A stretch of 64,000 nucleotides of DNA from Paraspadella gotoi. Taxonomy: Eukaryota > Animalia > Chaetognatha. This document shows, one piece after another, positions 13,105 through 46,904 of this stretch. The position numbers and the translations under genes were made by a program. The notes beneath the pieces were generated by a model. The model was given only the letters and a program-made list of their open reading frames with translations. It was not told the origin of the DNA and ran no database searches. Location: assembly GCA_051294375.1 (NCBI GenBank), contig CM119265.1, positions 19,868,880 to 19,932,879 of the forward strand, read 5' to 3'. Within the stretch, counting starts at the first letter, position 1; every line of letters starts with the position of its first letter.

Positions 13105-13487
13105 AGCCATCATACTTATCCCCAAAAAATCTGGTTAATATTATTAATTTCCCACGGTTTTCCAAACGTTACCCCTTTTATATCATATTAATACAAAACA
13201 CCCTAAAAGACTAACAAAGCCTTTTTAACGTTCTTTAGGCTCATCCCTCTTCAATTATATAATTTAATTATAGTTTTTCCATAGTCGGCCTCGCTTACTT
13301 CGATTTTGTTTTATTTTAATTTTCCGTCTATCTTGGACGCTGTCCACACAGATATTTTTTTGGTATCTTTTTTATAACATTATTGGTTTCCCTCGCTAAA
13401 CAGGTTAGCTAAAACTGATTGTTAGTATTCAATCCTGTTGATGTCCTAAAAGTGGTAAGCTTTAGACTTTAGCATTTATATACGTTG

Positions 13488-13621
<134 letters not shown>

Positions 13622-13805
13622 TCCAATTTTCTCGACCGGTTGCGACATTTCTCAGAAATATTTTCTTTCTCAGAGCAGCAGCGAGAACCTCAGCTACTTT
13701 ACTACCGGTTCCGAAGTTAATTCTTCAGAAAACTCCATTGAAGTTCTACCATGTTCGGATCGTCTTGAAAAAGAAATTTGTCGATTTATAGCCACAATTT
13801 TAATT

Positions 13806-16800
13806 ATGCCGTTGCTCAAACGTCTTTTCGGAAAAAGCGGTGAGACAATCATGTTATTTTTGAAATAATTCCTTGTACACACCTTTTTTTTTCCCGTTAT
13901 CTAAAGAACACAAGACTACTGTCGATTAGGGTACCGACTACAAAACCGGCGTAGGAGTTATTTTGTAATACCTTTTTTTTTTTACTTCCCCCTATTTGTA
14001 CTCAGACCCGTTGTACGTGGTCCTCGTTGGCGACGTCCGGGCTGGCAAGTCGACTTTAACGGAAAAGTTGACCAAGAAATCAAGCCTTAGTTCGGATCAG
14101 AGTCGCAGCCACACCAAAGAAGCCGCTCTTTTCCGGACACCCGACGGGCGACTGGAGGTTTGCGACACTCCAGGATGTAACCCGCTCGAAGACAAGTTCA
14201 CTCACAACATTTGGATCGCGCAGGCGTTCAACAGGTTTGAAAAACGGGAATTGTGCTACAGGGTTTATAATTGCAACTGTGATTATTAAACGATATTGTT
14301 GATCATTACAAAAATTATCGTATTAAATCTTCGAAATTTCCCAGGCTGTACATAAATTTTCAACAGGAATTAATTATTTTTTTCTAATCTTATTAAAAAT
14401 TGTTGAATTATACATTGTATAATACATTGTACAATATACAAGTCATTTAGAATATGTCCGGGAATTCGATGCATGCTTAAACAATTTTCACTTTGAAATG
14501 TGACTAGCAAGTGCATGGCTAATTGTATATATATTGGTTGTACCAATTTCATAAAATAATAATTTCATTTCATAATAATCTTGCTCCTGACTTAGGACAG
14601 GCTTTGGTGGTTTAAGGCCTCCATCGCTCTTACAAGATAATTACATAGCAGGTCCCTGCAAGCTTTATATTTGTCGAGGATCAGTATTGAATTACTATTA
14701 AATAGCAAACTATATTCCATTTCAAACACAGAAAGCCAATATCTCTCCTTCTGATCGTGGTGAAAGCAGATCGCGGGATCTCCAATGTGATCGACGATGT
14801 TGCCAAATACGCCGAGGGATTTCTTGATCTGCTCGACGTCCTCGGCGTCTGCGTCACCCACATGGACAGGGACGATGTCACTTGGACGGAAAGGGATTTC
14901 AAATTGGTATGGGTTTGCAAAGGTGGTTGGTATGGGTACTAAGGTTAGGTCATGATTGTTATTTTGACCCGTTTCGATGGAACTCCCAGGCTCTCTCCGA
15001 CTTGGGATTGGACTCTGTGATCTTCGCTTCCAAACCCTCCACTGGCAACGAATTGCAACGCGCTGTCGAATCCATCTGCAGCAAGAAGCCCATCGACGTC
15101 TCCGTCGACAGCGAGAGCTTCTTTAAGTTTTTCAAGCTCAACGACAGCAACTTTAAGCTGCTGCATTCCGTTAGAAAAGAAGTGCAGCGAATGGAGATGG
15201 TCGTTCGGAAGTTCCATGAAATCTACGGAACGGTTGAAGGTATGTCTAATATTTACTACTTTTAATTGAGTATTTTTTTAATTTCATTTTATTTTATTTT
15301 ATTTTCATCGAGATTCGGACCTTTCCAAAGTCGACCTGCTTTTCGAATTTGCCCTTTGGATGCGTTCGTGGATTCCGGAGGCTCGTAGACGCGTCTCCGC
15401 CGAAAACTCCTTCGTCACCGATGGACCAGAGAAGGCGACAGAGGCCGGTCATCTCGCCAACTTGACGAACCAGTTGACGACGGTCTTGGGGGATTTGACA
15501 ACGAACCTGGAGACATTTTCCAACAGTGGGTGAGACCGTTATATATTTATTATCTAATTGTTACCTTGCCATAATATTTCGCTCGTTATCAAATCATTTA
15601 CAGTCGCGACTATTTACGAAAGTGTACACACTGCGGCAAGATTTGGGATAACCACAGTGGATATCAATTTCGCTGTTGGGAGAGGTTAAATAGCTGGAGT
15701 GACTGGAGTGGCTGGTCGAGTTGGACGAACGGAAGCGATAAAGTCCCCAGTCTGTGTGAAATAAAGGAGAGCAGAGCGACGGGAGAGAAGGGAAAACTGG
15801 CGGAAGGTTTGATTCTCTCCGGCGAAACCGCGTCGTTCTCTTTCCGTTGGACAGATTTCTCGTCGACTCTGGATATTCTGCCTATTAAGACTTTTGAGAA
15901 CAACGAAAACTTCGAACTCTCGAACGTGGAATGTCTCGACCGCCGCCGCGACGCCAGAGGCTGTGGAAAAACTGTCGTGTGGAAAGATATGGCGCCGGTC
16001 AGCTCCGAGGCGGATTTCGATGCCCCAGTGGCTAATGGCGACGACGAAGTTGACACTGATGCAGTAGACGTTTTAGATTATTTGTCCTNNNNNNNNNNCT
16101 ACCCAACGACAGCCGTAGATTCGGCGACGAGAGACGGTTTGAAGGCTGCAGTCGGTCCGAGTTGGGTAGTCGACGATTGCAAGAATAGTGAGGACAGGGA
16201 AGACCGTCTTAACAGCTCCGGTGCAGAAATGAACGTCGCTGACAAATGTGACGCCGTCTTAAGCAAAGCACAACGAAAGCGGCGCCGTCGTAAAAACAAA
16301 ATGAACCAAAATAAAAAGTGCTGTTTTGAATCGGCTGAAAAGCCATTTGGCACCGAAAACTTTGGCGACGACGACTTGGAAGAAGACGGAAAAACCTACG
16401 AAGAGGAAGAAAAGTCTTTGGACAAAGTGGAGGAGGGCGCCAACTTAAACGAGGACGGAATGGGAGGCGGGAAACGTAAAAAGAAAAAGGCGAGGCGGCA
16501 GAGGCAAAAAGACAAAAAAAGATCAAAATTCGAATCCGGAAATAGTAATATCAGTAATAATGCTGGTTGCAAGGCGATGAAAATTGGCGAAGAAAAGCGT
16601 AAAAATGGCGCAAAACATTTTCCATCAGTTTCTAATAAAAAATCTAAGCTTGGAGAGGGTTCGGCTGGAGCTAAAAACAGTTACCTTTACTTTGACGATT
16701 GGTTCAAAAGCGCACCCTCTGATAGACTCAAAAGCAAGATTGGCTGGGAGTCGACTTTCGAAAAAAAGTTGAACGAGTGCCAATTACCGAGATGCCCGTC

Positions 16801-18209
16801 GCTCGATATTGTTCGACAAGCTGAAGTGCAAGAAAAAAAATCTTACAAAAAGATAGAAGACTACATCATTGAAAATCCGGAGAATGACGACACCATGTCG
16901 ACGGTATATGTTCAAAGCATAAATATAATTGAGAGCAAGGGCGAAACCAATGATCTGACAAAGTATGAAAGCAAGGACGAGACCAAGGATAAAAGCAAGG
17001 ACGAGACCAAGGATAAAAGCAAGGACGAGACCAAGGATAAAAGCAAGGACGAGACCAAGGATAAAAGCAAGGACGAGACCAAGATAAAGCAAGGACGAGA
17101 CCAAGGATAAAAGCAAGGACGAGACCAAGGATAAAAGCAAGGACGAGACCAAGGATAAAAGCAAGGACGAGACCAAGGATAAAAGACAAGGACGAGACCA
17201 AGGATAAAGCAAGGACGAGACCAAGGATAAAAGCAAGGACGAGACCAAGGATAAAGCAAGGACGAGACCAAGGATAAGAGCAAGGACGAGACCAAGGATA
17301 AAGCAAGGACGAGACCAAGGATAGAAGCAGGACGAGACCAAGGATAAAGAGCAAGGACGAGACCAAGGATAAAAGACAAGGATCGAGACCAAGGATAAAA
17401 GCAAGGACGAGACCAAGGATGAGAGCAAGAGCGTGAGCAAGGGAGAGAGCGAGAGCAAAGTCGACGCTGACGCCAGGCTCTTCGATGAATTAAGAGAAAG
17501 CATGATTCCCGTCACAATTCTTCCCGTGATCATCGAAAGTTCTTTCGGAAACTCTTTTGGCGTCGTGAGAAAAGAAAGGTGGACGACGATAGGCAAAGTC
17601 GAAGCGAATTTCGAAAGCGAAGCTCTTGGATCGAAAGAGAAAAATTTTGATGAAAAAGAGTCAAAAAGGAGCCAAAGTATTCCGGTTTCCACTCTAAACC
17701 AAGTCGTCGAAGACCCGAGCGGTAGCAGTCCGACTTGTAACAGTACTAACAGTACTAACAGTAGTTTCCTCAAAAAACCGTCGAAGATCGACGATCCGAC
17801 GAAAACGGAAGCAGCCAAGGACGTCTCTCAAAAGATTCGGGCGACCGTCGAAACTTTGGAAGAGGAGCACTCGGCCAGCGTCGCGATCCATCGATCGAGG
17901 AACGTCGGCCATACCAAATCCCGAGTTCGTGCTAGTGCTTCCACTATCACCAGTCCACCCACCTTTTTTGGCGCTCCGAACCCGGATCTTTTCTTCCCTT
18001 CTCGAAGATCGGCGGGAGCCCCTGGTTGGGATGCAACATTTAACGACCGGATGGCGAATTGCGTCATTGACGATGCCGGCGACAGCGGCGGCTACTCTCT
18101 GTGGAAAAGGTTTTTTTCTGATCCAATACGACGAGTTCGCAGAAGGTTTTTTGGCCTTTTCGCGTGCCATTCGGGGATCCGGACCGATTCGATGCTCTCA
18201 CTTCGGTGA
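13806..18209 (+). CDS. P-loop GTPase (AIG1/TRAFAC-like G domain) with a Cys-motif domain and long charged low-complexity tail
   Basis: Phase-consistent exons 13806-13839, 14006-14234, 14732-14906, 14990-15239, 15313-15529, 15604-18209. Motifs G1 GDVRAGKST, G3 DTPG, G4-like THMD; downstream RKCTHCGKIW and GCGKTVVWKDMAPV. The last exon spans a 10-N gap (16089-16098) and is frameshifted inside the 24-bp repeat, so the C-terminus is uncertain. Confidence 0.8.
16968..17420 (+). repeat. 24-bp coding tandem repeat, about 19 copies, encoding (SKDETKDK)n
   Basis: Unit AAAAGCAAGGACGAGACCAAGGAT; several copies carry 1-bp indels. Confidence 0.95.
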
Positions 18210-19382
18210 ATCGACAAACAGTTTAGCCTATACTTTAGGCCTATATTTTATTTCCAGTTAAAAATAGACCTTTTACATTTTAAGTTTTTGAGACGCTTGC
18301 ATTGGAAGCCTTTTGATGCGGGGATTTAGTCACGAAGAAATAGTTTCCTTTTTTTTAAACAAATTTTCTGATATTTTTCGGTTTTTGATTTCTTAGTTTT
18401 CTTTTTTTAATTGCCATTGTTGTATAATTTATTTGGATGAACCCAGTCTGATTTTCAAAATAGCGTTTTATAATCATTAATCCTAATCATTTAAACCTTT
18501 ATATAAAATCTTCATCCTTGCTGATGATTTACCATTGCTATTTTGTTGAAAATTTTGTTAATACAGTGCCACTGTTTTTTTTTTTGGGGGGGGGGGTTTG
18601 GTGTCAAGATGGTTAAAATTAGTTCTTATATTTTTATTTTTTTATTGGCTGTTTCACCTTTAAAAAACCTAATTTAATATTCAAGTTTAATGGTTACCTC
18701 CTTTTGCAATTAAATTATTTTCGAAATGAACCCTTGATAAATTGTATTTAATAAAGTTTTTAGTTGCAGCATCGTTCTTTTATTATCATCAGGTATATAA
18801 TGCAGGTACAATGTACTATTAATGGGCTAGTTCGTAATCTTATTATTCAAATCTCTCTGAATGGCTTCATTTCGTCTTTTTTAAAAATTATGGTTTTGTT
18901 GGATATCTTGGTATTAACGACCAACAAATTAGTGAGCAATTGATTTTATTGTATTTCTAATCACGATAAAAGGTTCTTCATTTAACCGTATTATCTGTTC
19001 AAAAAACGATTATGGTCATTTGTACGAATTGCAACTGAAAAAAGAATTGGCCACGAGTATGTGCTACAAAATGACAAAAGCAATCGTGGTAGGCATAATT
19101 ACATCAGAAAAAAAAATGTTAAAAACTTCTTTTTAGTAATTAGAAGTCTAAGGATGCCCAATTTTGTGGCTACAAATATATATATATATAGAACAAATGA
19201 CATATGAAGAAGCGAAACATCCATCAAAGCGAAATGAGAAATGTTGAAAAGAAAACGCCTCGTCGGTGTCTACGTTTAAATTCGACCAAAGTTTAAAAAG
19301 CAAGTGATCAATGTTTTACACACACAAAAAGTAGGCGACTAGAGGTCTTAATTGTTAAAAAAAAGAAAATGTAAAGGTATAG

Positions 19383-38502
<19,120 letters not shown>

Positions 38503-39815
38503 TGTGATATGTTGCTTGAAAGTGTAAAAGTATAACATAAATATTATCTTTATTTGTATTTAGTTTCATTATTATTTTAAATCATCTAATAAAATTTATA
38601 TAGAGCTAGTAATTTCTTGAAAACCAAAATATGTATTACTTTTAAATCCATTATATGACAAAACAGGAAAAACTAATTTGGACTTACCAAGCTTGATTGA
38701 TGAAAAGCAGAATGAGCACCACAAGATAAAGAAAACGAGTGCTGACGTTCGAGTGAAGATAACGAAACACCGCTGTGTCGTGAAAGTAACTTCAATTTGA
38801 ATCTAAGTAGAAGAAATTAAAAATTGTGTTATTTATAACATAAATAAATTTAAAAATAAATTAAATATCATAGAAAATAAAAAACGAATATATACAAATG
38901 AAAGACAATTTGCTTCTTGAAGTTAACTGTTGAATATCATATGCAGTGAAAAGTTACAGATTACGCATAAGTTTAGTACAATATGAAGCTCGCTTAGTTA
39001 ATTTTCATTATTTTTTATGCTTTTTTAAAAATTTATACCAATGCCAAGCTTTTGTACAAAATTAAACGAATGCCCGCTGATTTGGACAGAATACGGTCAC
39101 AGTGCGAGAATTATATATACAAACGAGTTTTAACAAAAACACGTAGATTAAGATAATGTCGCGAATATTGTTCCTTTTTTTCATAATGTTCCTGGGCCTA
39201 ACTGTGGCAGTTCTGATAGGAAGAAAACCAGATTCGTGTTCTTCGAAACGATTCGAGTGTCATGATTGGTTGACAGGAAACTAATTCGGCTTTCTGATTG
39301 GCCAGCACATAAGTCAGTGAGCGATCTCGATGCACGGGCTCGGCTGGCAGCGCAGGGTCTTCTCAAAGACTCAATCATTTTCATTCCCGATCGAGATGCC
39401 GTTCGGTAGTGGGCAAATTTTGTGCAATGTGACCTTCGAGTCGTTGCAGTTTGACAGCCAATCAATCGATTATTTTTCGAATCGCACGAGAGAAAATTCA
39501 ATAGAAAAATCCCATCATTCCTTTATCTTTTCCACGTTTTTGACTGTTCCCCTGACGATTTGTTTTAATGATATAGTAACTGGTTTGTCATAAAACACAA
39601 AATGGTTGTCAATAGGAATAAACAAATTTGAAGCAAGAACAATTCCCATACCATAGCGGTATCATTTTTACAAACTCGAAGAATTAGCAAAGAAAAAAAA
39701 AGAATTAATTCATGTACAAATAATGACTTCCTTCTATTGTTTCATTACTAACAACCGGATCAAGAACTTGCAATTGACATTAACTTCTCGCAAAAACTCG
39801 ACGCCTCTCGGAACC

Positions 39816-40770
39816 TCAGCCGAGATCCCCAGGCTTTCGGGCCTCCCTCCCGATTTTCGATCCGCATTTGGGACACGAATGAATGACGTCCTTTGCTCCG
39901 CTCCAGACGCAGGGAATGAACGCTCCGATCTGATGCAAAATTGGGTTCAAAGAGAATTGATAAGTTGATTGTTTGGAAAAGATCGAGTATAACGATAATC
40001 GCATTATCTTAGCTTTTTTAGATTTTTGTTTATAAACGTGCTTAGAGTTGAAAGTTGATTGATTGATTTATAAATTGATTGACTAAATTCAAAATGTGTC
40101 GATCAATATTTCTAGACGTCACAAAACAAAATGTCCATCGTCTAATATCAATGCCTGTGGTTTTATAAAGATTTTACAATATTACGATTACATTTATCAT
40201 CATCCTGATCATGGTAATTTTTACATGCTTATCGAATCCGACTCACCCCGCAGCCTATGAAAAACAAAAGGCAAGAGAGAAACCAGGAAGTTCGTCCCAT
40301 GACGTTGGTCGTCTGCGTCTCAACCTCTTCGCCGCAAAACTTGCATTGCGTCTCCTGCGATATGACCCTCTTTTAGATGAACTCTTACTTTAGCTTCACC
40401 GGATCATCGCCACATCTAAACTTGGTCAAATCGAATGATCTTTGCTTAGCAGTAATTCAGTAAGACTTCCGTGCTAACTTTTAACGTTACGAACCATGTG
40501 CAAAATGTCTCTTTCGACCTAAGATTTTTCGATAAACATATTTTGTGGCCACTGATTGTTTTAATTAAGACCTTTAATCACATAAGATTAAGTCATAACA
40601 TGTCTACTGACCTTTGGGAGAAATCCGAGGTGAGCCAATTTTTCCTCATCGGAACCAGTCGCCGAACCGGACCCATTTCCCGTGGATTCGGGTTCAGGAT
40701 CGGAAGGCGTAGCGGGATCTGCCGGAGCCACCGGTACCACTTCCGGTTCCAGAGGATCAATCTCCGGCAT
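39816..40770 (-). CDS. LITAF/SIMPLE-domain protein (126 aa, 3 coding exons)
   Basis: Exons 40770-40612, 40354-40247, 39929-39816. Pro-rich N-terminus, then PKETQCKFC, hydrophobic WFFSCLLFFIGCGIGAFIP and KDVIHSCPKCGSKIG (CxxC...HxCxxC). Confidence 0.92.
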
Positions 40771-43302
40771 AATTTAAAAAATAAAATTTGAAAAAAAAAA
40801 AACGAAATCTGGAAAGTCAAACTGGGAAGGAGCGAGGCGAAATCGTTTGTGAAATTATCCCGTCTTTTTCCGCGGTGTTCTTTTTAAATGATTCAATTTC
40901 TTTTTTTAGGCTCTCGTAACGAGGAAACAAACAGGAAGGCAGCCTCGAAAAAACTTCACGAGGGATGGATGGTGAAAACTTAAAAAGGCCACTCACAACG
41001 CGAGCTTCTCACGCCGAATGGTTCACTCGACTCTGGTTTGTGAATCAGACGAATGAAAAGGGAGGGGGCGTCTGGAATTTATCATGTGTTGGGGAAATAA
41101 CGATGACATCGAAAGTATTTGGTAAACACGAATAGTCACGCGGCTGTTTGGTTTAAAAACAAGAACAAAACAAAGCAAATACCAATAACTTAAGGAGCTT
41201 CGACAGAACCTGCTAATTTGTTTTGTCTCAGGTTTGTTTATAAATTATACTATAATTTTTATTTAAAGTACATATTTTTTAATAATTTGTGAGTTGTTTT
41301 ATTTTAAAAGCAGAAAACAAATGAAACGGAGAGGGGGGGGGAAAGTAGAATAAGAAACTGGAAAAACTGTTCTTATCTGATGAGAAAAAGAGCGTAGTCG
41401 AGAGGGAGGGAGGCAATAAGGGGAGAAGGGGATGGAGAGAGAGAGAGAGAGAAATCGAGAGAGAAACTCGCCGAGGATTCTTAATTATCTCTAAATTTCA
41501 ATGCATCAGTGAAGGACTGTAGGAGGTTCAGGTCGTAAAATGAGGCACTTTATTTGGAATTACTGTAGTTTGTAAGAGGTCCGCACATACATAAGCAGTT
41601 TAAGCACTAAGCAGAGATATCTAGAATTAAAAGAAAAAATCTGTCATAACTGAAATTAACATCTTGGCCTTGGCGTGAAAAAAAAGAGTCGTAATTGCAT
41701 AAACTCTATTTGTGATCTATAATTCAAAGAACAAGCGAATCTGTCGGAACGAAGCGTAGGTTATCATAACCCAACAAAACCATACTATTAATAAAGGACA
41801 CATTAAAATCGAGACTAGTCAAATTCTTCCGTAAAGTTGGTCTATTGGTCAGATTTTACATCTGGACTTTTATCTTTTATATAACTATGTTAACGTCAAA
41901 CTAAAAGAGTAAATACAAAAAATTTTAACAGTTTTTGACCAACAATAGAAAATGCTATCATAGATTTTAAAATTTGTGTATTTTCATACTATCTGTGGTC
42001 CCACTGGGTATGAAAAATACCCTAACTTTAATGCAATAGTTTTGTAAATATGACCCATTTTGCCCCATATAAGATAGAAAATAGACGGGATCATACCGTA
42101 AAAATAAAACGTGGACGTCCTTTATGGAAGAGAAGATCGATTCATTATTAAAAAAAAAAATATTTACAAGTGACTTTTTGAAAACAAAGCGAATCTTTCC
42201 ATATGAAAAAGGAAGCTCTTTTAACGTCAACAACGGTAACGGCAAGATGGTAATATATTTTGAATAGTGATTCGAACATTTTTACATCTCCCCCTTGCCT
42301 TCATCAAACATACTAAATAAAATATTCAGTATGACTAGATACACGAACCACCACAATTGAACGAGTTTTTTGATTCTGAAAAGAACCGTTTATTATTCTT
42401 TTTGTTTTTGTTTTTTAGTAAAACGCGTAAGAAAATAAAATCGATTTCAAATTGTACATAGAATATTGCGTGGAAAAAGGGGAAAGGGAAAACGGAACGT
42501 ATCAAACAATCTTGAATGTAAGCGACGGATATAGATTAGGTTCTTCGTAAGTATAAAAGTTCCGTTTCTTTAATAAATGGGACAGAATTTAAAGTTTCCA
42601 ACGACCGCCGATATGAAGCCTGACCTGAGGCTACGCTATTTTCTTCAAAATGCCTCGTCTTGAAGATAACATTTTTTACGTACTGGCTCGAGGAAGGCAT
42701 TTTGAGGTTGTTCGGCTTTGCTTGCCGGACAGTTCATTAAAAAAACATCAATTCAAAACAAAAAAAAAACTAAAGAAATATTTTAAAAAAATTATAATCA
42801 ATACTAAAACTAAGCTAATTCTTTTTTTGTTATATCTACCCAAGCTCGACAACAAAGAGTAATAAAGGGGAAGAAGGAATTAATATCGAGGGAAAAAAAT
42901 TGGAAAAGCTGGAAACTCCCCGTTCGGTCATTATCGATGTTGTTAGTCTCTTTCGCCGGATGAAAAAGATTACCGAACGATTGGCTGGTGTCGTTGAGGA
43001 GTCGGGAAGGGTGTAAATCGGAGGGGGGGGAGAAGGAATTAGGGGAAACTGGGGAGGGGGAAGTCAGGTCAAAGTTTGACGGGAAAGTCGGAGAAAGGAA
43101 ACTGCAACTGAGGGAGAGACGACGTATCGAAGAGGAAACGAAAGTTCAAAGGAATAACTAAAAATTGTATAAAAACCTAAAAGTAACGAAACGCGAATGA
43201 AAGGACAGCGATGAAACTAAGGCTAATAAAAAAAAAGGCTAAAAAATATTCATCCATGACTGAAGACGTAAGTATAAACATTGTGGTGACGCGAAAGGGG
43301 GG

Positions 43303-46300
43303 TCAGTCCGGCGGAAGAAGCTCGTGTAGCTTGAAAACCTCATACAAGAATGAACGAACGTCACCTCGCTGAAAGGGGGGGGGGAGGAGAGGCGATTAAA
43401 GTTAGTTTTATATGACTACTTTAAAATATCGTTTAAACAATTAATATAAAGCATTCAATCTTGATCTAATTTCAGGTAAAAATTAACATTCGTGAAAATT
43501 TATTTTATTATACTCTCAATTTAATTTCATCAATGCAAGTACGATAAATTATTAAGAAAATCACAAGACTGTACCTGATTTGCGATCTTTTCGAGAACGG
43601 GAATCAGTTTGAGCAGCTCTCGATCCGTGCGATCGTAGAACCAGCTTTCGATCGGGATGCCGTTTTGGAGCTGAATAAAACAATGTTAAAGTTCATTAAC
43701 TCAACCACAACAAATGAACGACGTGGATTTTAAACGAAACAAAAGTCTCACTCTCTTTTTACTCTGATTATTTAACCTGATAGCCAAAAGCCTGCGGCGA
43801 ATTGTCGATAATTATCGTCTTGGACAAATCTCGTCCCAAAATGTTCAAGTCTTTGATATAATTCCCCTGAACGCAGACGCAATGTTCTCGAAACAATCGG
43901 TGCCTAAAAAAAAAAAAAATTAAAAGATATAAAGAACGCCGTCGCAACATCACACTCATTACAAAGCCGTACCTGATGAGTCGTTTCTCTGGGTCCAAAA
44001 GGTTCAGCAACTTGTTAGCGTATACTTTCTTTGACGCTGTGAAGAGGATCACTTCGAACCTCTGGGCAACTCGTTCCAAAAATTCGCGGAAGAAGGGACG
44101 CAGGCGAACGTAGACCTGTGGAAAAAAAAGTTTAAAACAAAAGTTAAAATACCAGTCGAATAATTGTTATTTTTTAAATATGAGTTCATACTGACCTGGT
44201 AAGTGACATCCTGAAAGAGCACGGGGAAGACGAAGTTGGCGTCGTCGAGTTCGTTGAGGCTGCAGTGGACGAGCGTCTCGTCCAAATCGAGCACCAGCGT
44301 GAATTCTGGCGATGAACGCGTCTTCAAGGGCAGCGCCGGGTGACGCCGCCTCATCTCCTCTACAGAAGAAAAATATTGTAGTGTGGAAGTCCACGAAATA
44401 GAGAGTAGGGAGACATTTATCATGAAGGAGGTAAAACATTGGAGAGGTCATGTGGTCGTTGAGGGAAAAGAGAGAGATAGTCGAGGTAGCTCGGCCTCAG
44501 TAGATTGTTTACTGCTATTGTTTACTGTTTAGCAGAATTGTCGTGCTGTCTGCCCGCCTATATCCTCTTCATTACTTACAACAACAACAACGACGACTTA
44601 CCGGTGAGCGGCGGAAGATGTTTGATAAAAAAATAGGGGTCGAAAGGCTCTGCTTCCCACTGCTGCGTTTGCTGTTGTTGCTCTTGCTGCTGCGCTTGCT
44701 GGTGATGTTGAGCGATGGTTTGGTTTTGCACTGGTGTGGCACAGTGATATTGAGGTTGGTGAACATGTTGATTGGCATGATGATTATGATGGTGATGATG
44801 ATGATGGTGATGGTAAGAGACGACGTCCGTTGGCGGAGTCGCCGGGCACGAGGGATAGTATCTCTGCTCGGCATCAACGACTTGGTTGTCGGCGGCGGCG
44901 GCGGCGGCGGTGGGGGCGCCGGCGGTGGCGACCACGGGAACGGAAGAGCAAGCAGCGGCGAGAGCACAACAGCAGGCACAAGCGGCGGGCGGAGGAAAGG
45001 TGGGCGAAACGGAGACTACGGTGGGAGCGACGTTGTCACGGCAGCAGGCGGGCAGCGCAGTATCGACGACCTCGTCCTCGTCGCAGCGATAGGAGGCGAC
45101 GGAAGAAAATCTGACCGTCGACGGCGTCGCCGACGCAATAGGATTGTCCTTTAGGGGTAGAAAGGAAATTAACTGGCGGTGTTCAACCAAACATTAAATG
45201 GAGCCATAAATATGGGCCGAATCACGGAATTAAACAAGCCAAAGATCAAGACGCCATTTTTCAAATTTACCTGAGAATGCATCTGAATCATTCTGTTTTC
45301 GCGCGAAGAAGAAGTAGCACCGGAGGTGGCGGCGAAGACAACGCCCGTGGCGTTCTCATCGTCTTCCACGTCCACGACGTCGATGACGACTGAGGGTGGC
45401 GCGGCGATGGCGGCGTCGCAGTCGGCGACGGCCTCGTCGATGTCGAACGAGTCGGCAACGAGGGATAGCGAGGCGTCGTCGTCGTCGGTCGGGGAAGAGT
45501 CGGATGAGGGCGAAGTGGATGGGACCTCGTGGTCCACGAACGTCTCGAACGCGTCGTCGAGGACGTCCAGTTCTAAAGAAGAAAGAAAAAAATAAAAAAA
45601 TAACTTTTATAAACATCGACCACATCCACACCCTGGACGAACCTGGAGCGTCGACGTCCTCTTCGATCGAGGCGCCGCTTTCGTCGCAGGCGGACTCTCC
45701 GCCGGAAGCCGTCACTTCACGTTCATCGGTGTCGCCGCGGTCGTTGTTGTTCGTTTCTGCAATGATGAATGAAGAAAAAAAAGTATTGATCAACGTCTCC
45801 TGAAAAATAAGAAACCACCGTCACCGTCACTCGTAACCCACCAGGTTGACCGCTGATCGACTGATAGATCTGATAAACCGGGGAGAAGAGCGTCCCGAGC
45901 AACGAAGATTTCCTCGTACGCCCACGTCTCTTCGTTTCCGGCGCTTTCGTCACGGACGCTTCGATTGAAGAAGCAGGCGGAGCGGCCGCGGAACTCCGAC
46001 GACCGCGGCGAGGCCGCTTCGGCGACGGCGGCGGCCCGGCGGTGCGAGTTGGAGGCAGCGCCCGAAGCGGCGGGTAGGGAGTCTCCTCGGAGAGGACGTC
46101 CAGCTTAGATTTTTTAGTCAGGGGTTCGAGAGAATCCTGGATAAGAGAGAAGGAATTGGAAATTTTCGATCATCGTCGTCGACGAAATGATCCGTCTCTT
46201 CGAAGATCCTCCATCGATGCTTTACCCGTTTCTCCTCCTTCCACATTCCGACGGCCAAACGTCGAAGAGACTTGAGAATTCCGGACCCCGTGATTGGCAT

Positions 46301-46904
46301 TTCTTTCGCCAGGATCGAAGCCTTAGCGTCTGCCGAAACCAAAAAAGTTACGTGACGTTACGGTACGGTCTCGTTTTAGAGGCTACACCGCTACAGACTT
46401 GGTACAGATATTTCGTTATTAAATAATTAAAAGCCGGTGCCTTCCTAAAATCTATTTTTATCCTTTTCTCCTTTCCATCCACGCCCACCCTTCTCCGTCC
46501 TTACCGATGTCCCCGACTCGGGCGGCGAACTTGCTCCGCCGCCTTTCCACCACGAACTCGTTTCTCTCCGCCGCCAAATTCCGGTTCCTCAACACCCTGG
46601 CCCCGCGCGGACGAGCCCCCCGTCCCACGCAGCCTTTGGAAACGGGCGAACCGCGGGGCGCGACGGAAACCCCGGAGGCGGCGGCCCCGCTGCGAAGATT
46701 CCGCGGGCAGGGCAGACCCTCGGCCAAATAAGCCACGTTAAGGGACTTCTCGTAAGGGACGTAGCGGGGAGAAGTAACGGTTGACGTAGTCGTCGTCGTC
46801 CCTTTGCCTTGAAGCATCCTTCGCTTGGAGACTTGACGGTTACGCCGCTTACTCGGCAGCGGAGCCCCGTCCTCCGAGGACGCGTAACGTTGGCGCAATT
46901 GCAT
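43303..46904 (-). CDS. CTDSPL2: CTD small phosphatase-like protein 2 (SCP4, FCP/SCP HAD phosphatase)
   Basis: Start MQLRQR; conserved LLGTLFSPV; [14 protein letters not shown]; [28 protein letters not shown] (DxDxT motif); FTASKKVYA; [26 protein letters not shown]; NGIPIESWF; C-terminus LHELLPPD*. Multi-exon, GT-AG introns. Confidence 0.96.

Noticed and set aside
16784-17818. Long hydrophobic minus-strand ORFs (LSLVSSLL, YPWSRPCF repeats)
   Set aside because: Antisense shadows of the 24-bp coding repeat.
44543-45803. Several overlapping plus-strand ORFs
   Set aside because: Antisense frames of GC-rich CTDSPL2 exons.
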